From Allobaculum fili (GTDB lineage: Bacteria > Bacillota_I > Bacilli_A > Erysipelotrichales > Erysipelotrichaceae): a stretch of DNA of 32,000 bases. Within the stretch, counting starts at the first letter, position 1. Each line of letters opens with the position of its first letter. Positions 26,219 to 32,000 of the stretch are shown here, one piece after another. Made by a program: the position numbers and the translations under genes. The stretch covers positions 12,434-44,433 of the forward strand of contig NZ_JAHDSX010000018.1 of assembly GCF_020969955.1 (NCBI RefSeq), given 5' to 3'. The notes beneath the pieces are model-generated. The model did no database searches and was not told the DNA's origin. It saw only the letters and a list, made by a program, of their open reading frames with translations.

Positions 26219-27142
26219 TTAGATCTCCTTCCAGGTTACTTCCTGTTTCAGTGTTTCTACGGTTGCTGCATCAGCGGGCTGCGTGCCTTCGGTCATGCAG
26301 GCGCCGGTGGACATGGCAACCGCCAGCGTGATGGTGTCTTCCAGATTCATTTCATGCTCCAGGCTGTAAGCCAGGGCAGCGACCATCGCGTCTCCAGCGC
26401 CGACGGCGGACTGGAACGGGATTTTCAGTGCCGGAGCCTGAAGCGCGCGGTCTCTGGTTACGAAGAGGCTTCCTTCAATGCCCATCGAGATAACGACCAG
26501 CTTGACGCCTTCGTTTATGAACGTTCTGGCCAGTTCGATCATGGTTTGAGCGTCCATGTCTTCTTCGCGCTTTCCAAAGTACTGGGCGAGTTCGAAGCGG
26601 TTGGGCTTGATAATGTCCGGATGGGCCTGAATCCCTTCCTTAAAGAGTCCGCCGTCCGCGTCGAGAATGACCTGCAGGCCGCTTGCGTGCGCTTTTTCGG
26701 TCAGCGTGCGGTAAATGTCTTTGGGAACGCCCGGTCCGGTGTTGCCGCAAAGAACGAGAATGCCCTCGCGATCCGAAAGCTGATCGATCAGCTTGTCGAG
26801 ATCGTCTTTGGTGCACATCGGTCCGGCTTCGTTGAGCTCAGTCAGGTTCATTTGGGCGTCGAGCACTTTCAGATTGGTTCGTGTGCTGCCTTCGATCTGG
26901 ACGAAGACGTGATCGATGCCGAGATCGTCGAGACGGTCTTCAATGAACTTGCCGGCCGATCCGGCCAGAAAGCCGGTGGCAATGCTGTCCTGGCCGATCG
27001 CCTTGAGCGTCTTGGAGACATTGATGCCTTTTCCGCCTGCGTCCTGACGGACGTTCTCAAGGCGGTTGAGGCCGCCGGCGATCAGCTGCGGAACCTGTGC
27101 GGTTTTATCGATCGCCGGATTGAAGGTAACGGTGGTAATCAT
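26219..27142 (-). CDS. fruK: 1-phosphofructokinase (PfkB family)
   Basis: MITTVTFNPAIDKT, GGKGINVS, and the C-terminal GAGDAMVAALAY anion-hole motif. Its ATG overlaps the mtlF TGA stop (ATGA). Confidence 0.75.
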   Translation of the reverse strand: MITTVTFNPAIDKTAQVPQLIAGGLNRLENVRQDAGGKGINVSKTLKAIGQDSIATGFLAGSAGKFIEDRLDDLGIDHVFVQIEGSTRTNLKVLDAQMNLTELNEAGPMCTKDDLDKLIDQLSDREGILVLCGNTGPGVPKDIYRTLTEKAHASGLQVILDADGGLFKEGIQAHPDIIKPNRFELAQYFGKREEDMDAQTMIELARTFINEGVKLVVISMGIEGSLFVTRDRALQAPALKIPFQSAVGAGDAMVAALAYSLEHEMNLEDTITLAVAMSTGACMTEGTQPADAATVETLKQEVTWKEI

Positions 27143-27609
27143 GCAGCCTCCATGGTCATGATCCTGTGGATCAGATCGGGATCGCCCGCAACGACTTTTT
27201 CAACCATCTCCATGTCGCCTAAGCGCTCGGCGATGTTCTGCAGGATAGTGATGTGCTCATCGGTTGTGGCGGCGATGCCGATGACGATGCGGGCCCGGCT
27301 GCCGGCCCATTCCACACCGTCGGGATACACCTGGATGGCCAGACCGGTTTTCTTCACGCAGTCTTTTACTTCGTATTCGCCGTGCGGAATAGCGATGTCG
27401 TTGCCAATGTAGGTGGTCAGAGAATGATCGCGGTTGAGCATGCCCTGAATGTAGCCTTCGGAAATGTAGCCGGCATCGAGCAGCATCTGGCCGACGGAGA
27501 CGATGGCTTCATCGCTGGTTGCGGCTTTGCATCCGGTGCGGATGTTTTCCTTACTGAGGATTTCGTTTTTGGGTTCTTCGGCTTTTTTTTTCTTAAAAAA
27601 CAGTGCCAT
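27139..27609 (-). CDS. mtlF: PTS mannitol-type EIIA component
   Basis: 156 aa. It has the PTS_EIIA_2 pattern, with the phosphorylatable His in GNDIAIPHG and the later motif IVIGIAA...EH. Confidence 0.85.
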   Translation of the reverse strand: MALFFKKKKAEEPKNEILSKENIRTGCKAATSDEAIVSVGQMLLDAGYISEGYIQGMLNRDHSLTTYIGNDIAIPHGEYEVKDCVKKTGLAIQVYPDGVEWAGSRARIVIGIAATTDEHITILQNIAERLGDMEMVEKVVAGDPDLIHRIMTMEAA

Positions 27610-27738
27610 GAGAGGGCTCCTTTCTGATTCCTGTGCGGAATGTTCGATGGATCGGTACGATCCGACAGTCTGGCTGCTGGAAAATTCAAAATATTGAGGC
27701 GTATAAAGCGGGAAAGCTTTATGCAGGACCGGCTTTTC

Positions 27739-29751
27739 TTAAAAGCCGATTCGGCTCTGAATGCGGTGGAGATAGCCGCTGAGAATGCGGTTGAGCGCTT
27801 CGTGCCGCTTGGAATCGGGTCCGCTTTTGAGCGTGTTTCGAAACGCGGGATCAAGAGCGAGCGCAACGTTGAGTTCGCTGAGCGCTTCCTGCATCGCCTT
27901 GGTGTGCTGTTCGGGAAGAATGGTGACCAGAATGACTTGCAGGCCGTTATGGAAGGTACCGTCATCTGGAACAAGCACGGCGACCTGGGGCTTGTCGGTG
28001 CCCTGGCTTCGGGTATGGAAGAGTCCAAATCCTTCGTCGGGATCGACGACGGGTCCGAGCTGTTCGCGGGTGAGAAGATCGCGCTCAAGGCGCTCAGAAT
28101 CGCCTTCGAAAACCGAAGCGGCTTCGTGAATCAGTTCGTCGGCGGTTTTCCGATCGGAATGGATGATTGGTATCCGGTTGAGCAGCGGACGAATGGCCTG
28201 AATGGCTTCTTCTAGTTCCAGCAGATCCTGATCCATACCGGCCTGGGCGCTTTCAAGCGGCGCTGGTGTGGTCTGCATGAGGGCCAGCTGTTCCTGAATC
28301 TTTTTCAGGTCGCTCACCGGCAGCATCGGCGAAACCTGAATGAACGGCGCCGGAAGTGTGCCGGGATAAAACGTAGTAATGAAGAGCTCGAGATCTGCGC
28401 GTTTTCTGGCCTGGGCCAGCGAGAGGTTTTCGAGATCCATCTGGCTGGAGAACGCCTTATCCAGACGGGCACGAAGCAGGGCGGAAACGCCGATGCCGCT
28501 GGCACAGACGACAGCTGCGTGAATCTTTCGCCGGTACTGATAGCCGCTTCGCTCGAAGCAGGCGCCGACGTGCATCGTCAGAAAACCGATTTCCTCATCC
28601 GAGAGGGGAAGGGAAAGCGTGCGTTCGATCGACGCTGCCGCGTTTCGTGTCTTTTCAAAGAGGGCTTCGTACTGCTCCTTTAATGAAGAGAGCAGCGGGT
28701 TGTAAATGGGAAGGCCTTTTTTCAGGCGGATGACCGTCGGTTCGAGGTGGGAAAGCAGGCCCTGAATGAACTGCGGGTCGGTACTGAGCAGCGCGGCGTC
28801 GCCCGGCGGGAAGCTTTCCACAAACTGTCTGGCCAGTTCGAGAATTTCGTTCTGGTCGTGGTCAAGCGTACCGGTGGCGGCGTTGACCTTGGCTCCGCGC
28901 AGATGAAGCGCGATGGCATCGATTTCGGATTCCGGAAAGGTCAGTTCAAATTCGTCTTCCAGCAAGGAAGTGATTTTTCTGGCTTCCTGCCGGCTTTCTT
29001 CCAGATCCGGCAAGCCTTCGATGCGCTCGCTGGCCGGTTCGCCGGCCTGGATGCGCTCGAGAGCGATGACGAGATGAATGACCAGTCCGATATAGGAGTT
29101 CTGTTCGTAGCGGCTTAATCCAAGTTCTTCGCGCCGCTCGGAAAACAGGTCGAGAATCCGTTTGAGGATGTCCTGATTGAGCAGGGAGAAGATGGCACTT
29201 CCGTTGAAAATCTGTTCGAGGACGGTATCGGGATCGAGATAGTCCACGGTTTTGTATTCGACGCCGTCACGGACCAGTTCGGCCATGGCGCGTCGTCTGG
29301 CGTCTTCGCTGCCTTCAATGGTTCCGTCTTTGGAAAGCCGGAGATCCCAGGCGTCCAGACGGGGCTGCAGGTCTTCAAGATCGTGCGAGATCGTCGCTTC
29401 CGAAACCTGAAACCGGGCGGCATAGACAATGAGCTTTTCTTTTTCTTCGGCCCGCAGCAGTTCATACAGAAGCATGTCCTGCCGTTCGTCTTTATCGAGT
29501 GCGCCAGGCGCCTGTCTTGTGTCGAGGGCTCTGGCGAGTTTTTCTCTGTCCCCGTTGAGCGAGAGGCCGGGCCGTCGGGAAAGGGACAGGCCGTATTGTT
29601 CGAGAATCAGCCGGATCGATTCGAGTTCGCGAAACAGCGTTCGTCGACTCACCCTGACTTTGGCAGCCAGCTGCTCAGTGCTGATGGTCTGTCCGTCTTC
29701 AAGGTCCAGAAGCGTCCGGAAGATTCGAATCTGTCGTTGAGTAAGGTTCAT
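27739..29751 (-). CDS. mtlR: PRD-containing transcriptional activator MtlR (HTH, PRD1, PRD2, EIIB-Gat-like, EIIA-Mtl-like)
   Basis: N-terminal HTH (ISTEQLAAKVRVSRRTLFRELE). PRD signatures are present (LVIHLVIALERIQAG, AIALHLRGA, LLSHLEPTVIRL, FLTMHVGA). The EIIB-like Cys lies in AAVVCASGIGVSALL and the EIIA-like His in GFGLFHTRS. Confidence 0.85.
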   Translation of the reverse strand: MNLTQRQIRIFRTLLDLEDGQTISTEQLAAKVRVSRRTLFRELESIRLILEQYGLSLSRRPGLSLNGDREKLARALDTRQAPGALDKDERQDMLLYELLRAEEKEKLIVYAARFQVSEATISHDLEDLQPRLDAWDLRLSKDGTIEGSEDARRRAMAELVRDGVEYKTVDYLDPDTVLEQIFNGSAIFSLLNQDILKRILDLFSERREELGLSRYEQNSYIGLVIHLVIALERIQAGEPASERIEGLPDLEESRQEARKITSLLEDEFELTFPESEIDAIALHLRGAKVNAATGTLDHDQNEILELARQFVESFPPGDAALLSTDPQFIQGLLSHLEPTVIRLKKGLPIYNPLLSSLKEQYEALFEKTRNAAASIERTLSLPLSDEEIGFLTMHVGACFERSGYQYRRKIHAAVVCASGIGVSALLRARLDKAFSSQMDLENLSLAQARKRADLELFITTFYPGTLPAPFIQVSPMLPVSDLKKIQEQLALMQTTPAPLESAQAGMDQDLLELEEAIQAIRPLLNRIPIIHSDRKTADELIHEAASVFEGDSERLERDLLTREQLGPVVDPDEGFGLFHTRSQGTDKPQVAVLVPDDGTFHNGLQVILVTILPEQHTKAMQEALSELNVALALDPAFRNTLKSGPDSKRHEALNRILSGYLHRIQSRIGF

Positions 29752-29833
29752 AAGCGTGGCGTGTTTTTAAAGGGACGTTTCCTTTGTGAAGTTCAGAGAG
29801 GAAACCATGCAGGTGAAACGAGGGAAAACGAGG

Positions 29834-29857
29834 AGGGATCCAGGGCGATGGATCCCT
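29834..29857 (-). promoter_or_regulatory. 9-bp stem-loop between mtlA and mtlR; possible partial terminator or attenuator
   Basis: AGGGATCCA tcgccc TGGATCCCT on the minus strand, followed by a pyrimidine-rich CCTCGTTTTCCCTCGTTTC. Confidence 0.35.
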
Positions 29858-29889
29858 GTGGAAATGAGAGATTAGAAAGGGTCAGGTAT

Positions 29890-31593
29890 TTAGCCGGCGA
29901 TTTCTTCGACGATGGCGTCGTATTCGCTGCCGCCCATGAAATTGGTGATTGGACGGATCGTCGCGTTCGGACACTGCTGTCTGGCGCGGTCGGCAAGGGA
30001 CTCATGCGTTACAACAAAGGCGGTATCGCTGGCGAGATCGTTGATGGCGCAATGGGTAACGAGAATGTTCAGGCCGGCGGCTTTCAGCTTTTTGGCAAGT
30101 GCCGCGGCGCCCATGGCGGAGGAGCCCATGCCCGCATCGCAGGCAAAGACGATTTTTTCCAGTGCACCAGGCGCTTTAGAAGGTTTGGCTTGAGCTGGGC
30201 TGGAAGTGTTCGAGAGCAGATCGGAAACGATGGCATCGTATTCAGCACCGCCCATGAAATTGTTTACCGGATAGATTTTTGCGTTTGGACATTTGGTGCG
30301 GACGCGATCGACCAGGCTGGCCTGGGTAACGATGGCTTCCATATCGTAGGGAAGATCGTTAATGGCGTAATGCGGAACCGTACAGTCTGCGCCGGCGGCT
30401 TTCAGCTTTTTCGTCAGTGCTGCAGCGCCCATGGCGGAAGAACCCATGCCGGCATCGCAGGCGAAGGCAAGTTTCGGCAGTTTCACGTCGGCCTGAATCA
30501 GGACTGGAGCAGCCGCTGGAACGGCCTGGCCTTTGGATGCGGATTTGGAAGAAGCGACTTTTTGTTTTGCGGCTTCCATGTCTTCGTCTTTGCCGAATAC
30601 TTTGAGCAGAACGCAGTTCAGACCGAAGGAAACGGCGAAGGCAATCGCGATGGAAAGAATGACGCCGAGATAGCTGTCACGGGCGGTCATGCCGAGGATG
30701 GCAATGATGGATCCAGGAGAAGCTGCGGAAACCAGACCGGAATTAAAGATCGAGTTGGTGATGACGCCGGCCATGCCGCCGCCGATCAGACCGACGATGG
30801 TGATCGGATTCATCAGAACGTACGGGAAATAAATTTCGTGAATACCGCCGAAGAATTCGATAATCATGGCACCTGGAGCGGATTCTTTCGCATTGCCCTT
30901 GCCAAAGAACCAGTAGGCGAGCAGAAGGCCTAAGCCGGGACCTGGATTGGATTCAATCAGGAAGAAGATGGATTTGCCGGTTTCGGCAACCTGATTCATC
31001 CCCATCGGGGTGAATACGCCGTGGTTAATCGCATTGTTAAGGAAGAGAACTTTTGCCGGTTCAACGATCAGGCTCGTCAGCCAGAGCATGCCGTGATGAA
31101 CGAGGAAGGCAACGCCGGTTTCAAGAGCGGAAGTAAGAACTTCGCAAAGCGGACCGATGGCGAGGCAGCCAAGGATCGCGAGGATGGCACCGAGGATGCC
31201 GGCGGAGAAGTTTGTGAATAACATTTCGAAGCCCTGCGGTGTGCGCGGGGTGATGAACTCATCCACTTTCTTCATGCACCAGCCGCCGAGCGGGCCGACC
31301 GCCATGGCGCCGATGAACATCGGGGTTTCTACGCCGGCGGCTACGCCGATGGCTGCGCAGGCGCCGATGATGCCGCCGCGTTCGCCGTAAATCATTTCGC
31401 CGCCGGAGTAGGCGATGAGTACGGGCAGCAGGAAGCGCTGCATAGGGGAAACAATTTGATTCAGTGTCTCATTTGGATACCAGCCTGTAGGGATGAAGAG
31501 TGCCGTGATAATACCCCAGGCAATGAAGATGGAAATGTTCGGCATGACCATTCCGGAAAGGAATCGGCCGAACGTCTGAAGCTTCTGTTTCAT
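29890..31593 (-). CDS. mtlA: PTS mannitol-specific EIIC with two tandem EIIB domains (IICBB)
   Basis: The N-terminus FGRFLSGMVMPNISIFIAWGIITALFIPTGW and the motifs GGIHEIYFPYVLMNP and FLIESNPGPG nearly match E. coli MtlA. The C-terminus carries two copies of the EIIB module, each with (F)ACDAGMGSSAMGAAAL: aa 371-460 and aa 478-567. Confidence 0.9.
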   Translation of the reverse strand: MKQKLQTFGRFLSGMVMPNISIFIAWGIITALFIPTGWYPNETLNQIVSPMQRFLLPVLIAYSGGEMIYGERGGIIGACAAIGVAAGVETPMFIGAMAVGPLGGWCMKKVDEFITPRTPQGFEMLFTNFSAGILGAILAILGCLAIGPLCEVLTSALETGVAFLVHHGMLWLTSLIVEPAKVLFLNNAINHGVFTPMGMNQVAETGKSIFFLIESNPGPGLGLLLAYWFFGKGNAKESAPGAMIIEFFGGIHEIYFPYVLMNPITIVGLIGGGMAGVITNSIFNSGLVSAASPGSIIAILGMTARDSYLGVILSIAIAFAVSFGLNCVLLKVFGKDEDMEAAKQKVASSKSASKGQAVPAAAPVLIQADVKLPKLAFACDAGMGSSAMGAAALTKKLKAAGADCTVPHYAINDLPYDMEAIVTQASLVDRVRTKCPNAKIYPVNNFMGGAEYDAIVSDLLSNTSSPAQAKPSKAPGALEKIVFACDAGMGSSAMGAAALAKKLKAAGLNILVTHCAINDLASDTAFVVTHESLADRARQQCPNATIRPITNFMGGSEYDAIVEEIAG

Positions 31594-31645
31594 ATCGTTT
31601 TGTTCCTTTCTTTGTTGATTCCATCCTACGTGGTTTATTTTTGGC

Positions 31646-31659
31646 CTACAACGGTTTCA
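31646..31659 (-). promoter_or_regulatory. cre-like site (possible CcpA operator) in the mtlA promoter region
   Basis: The minus strand reads TGAAACCGTTGTAG, against the consensus TGWAANCGNTNWCA. That is 12 of 14, with the last two positions mismatched. Confidence 0.3.
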
Positions 31660-31670
31660 AATTGACATTT

Positions 31671-31723
31671 GGCATTGCGAAAAGTGCCAGAATTTTTAAA
31701 AATCGGCACCGCGTTCCATGCCA
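31671..31723. promoter_or_regulatory. Two copies of the inverted repeat GGCA-N10-TGCCA, 34 bp apart, upstream of mtlA; candidate MtlR operator
   Basis: GGCAttgcgaaaagTGCCA at 31671-31689 and GGCAccgcgttccaTGCCA at 31705-31723. They are centred roughly 55 and 89 nt upstream of a weak -10 candidate (TAGGAT on the minus strand, 31628-31623). Confidence 0.35.
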
Positions 31724-31911
31724 TGACACCGGGCTTGTACGACTGGTCATAAAAAAGTACATACGTCCATCTTCTTTCTTTCACGAAAAAGCAATTTCAG
31801 AAATTCTTTGCGGAAAACGGTTTTAAAGCAGATGCGTACAAGCTTTTCTGAGCCAGAACATTTTGTTGAAAAAACGTAAGCGTCAAATAAAAGACGGGTA
31901 TTTTCTCGACC

Positions 31912-31950
31912 GCCTCCTTGGGATAATTCCTTTATTCAAGGAGGCTTTTT
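31912..31950 (+). promoter_or_regulatory. Hairpin that pairs the SD of the last ORF with an upstream anti-SD; terminator-like (T5 follows)
   Basis: GCCTCCTTG (31912-31920), a 16-nt loop, CAAGGAGGC (31937-31945), TTTTT, then ATG at 31952. Confidence 0.45.
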
Positions 31951-31951
31951 C

Positions 31952-32000
31952 ATGGAATCAATCATCCCTGCAATCGATCTCGGTATCGATTTCTCCAAAG
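31952..32000 (+). CDS. 5' end of an unidentified ORF (MESIIPAIDLGIDFSK...), truncated by the window
   Basis: ATG lies 6 nt after AAGGAGG. Only 16 codons are visible, so no family call is possible. Confidence 0.4.
   Translation, partial: MESIIPAIDLGIDFSK

Noticed and set aside
31681-31700. Sigma-54-like element on the minus strand (TGGCACttttcGCAAT) upstream of mtlA.
   Set aside because: The GG-to-GC distance is 10 nt instead of the 12 nt of TGGCAC-N5-TTGC. The TGGCA is better explained as an arm of the GGCA-N10-TGCCA inverted repeat. MtlR-type activators are not sigma-54 enhancer-binding proteins.
1-32000. Searched for CRISPR repeat-spacer arrays, transposase/integrase genes, IS inverted repeats and rRNA.
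   Set aside because: I found no regularly spaced 25-40-bp repeats, no recombinase-like ORFs and no rRNA-like sequence on either strand.

Overview
This window looks like a chromosomal segment of a Bacillota (Firmicutes)-type genome. That is my inference from gene content and synteny; no database search was possible, and all domain calls rest on motifs read by eye in the translations. The housekeeping content is: rnhC (-); mutS2, uvrC, a degenerate VanY-like protein and a YfcE-like phosphoesterase (+); tRNA-Arg(UCU) (-); a hypothetical gene followed by tig, lon and engB (+); and a minus-strand mannitol-type PTS operon, mtlA-mtlR-mtlF-fruK-sorE-like. Between these blocks lie accessory or decaying loci. 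They include a leaderless Flg_new/InlB-B-repeat protein, a frameshifted DUF1828-like gene and a second, divergent trigger-factor paralog. There is also a ~1040-codon secreted LamG + metallophosphoesterase + helical-repeat gene broken by three frameshifts and one in-frame TGA. The stand-out feature is a 1371-aa single ORF at 20431-24546. It consists of a degenerate TIR-like module, a well-conserved TIR_2 domain, Sel1 repeats and ~1000 aa of TPR-like helices. It has no NTPase, no signal peptide and no partner gene. Its G+C is visibly lower than its neighbours, and it is bracketed by two ~58-nt imperfect direct copies of the engB terminator. I consider it a candidate undescribed single-gene TIR immune or NADase module. 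I found no CRISPR array, transposase, integrase or rRNA.
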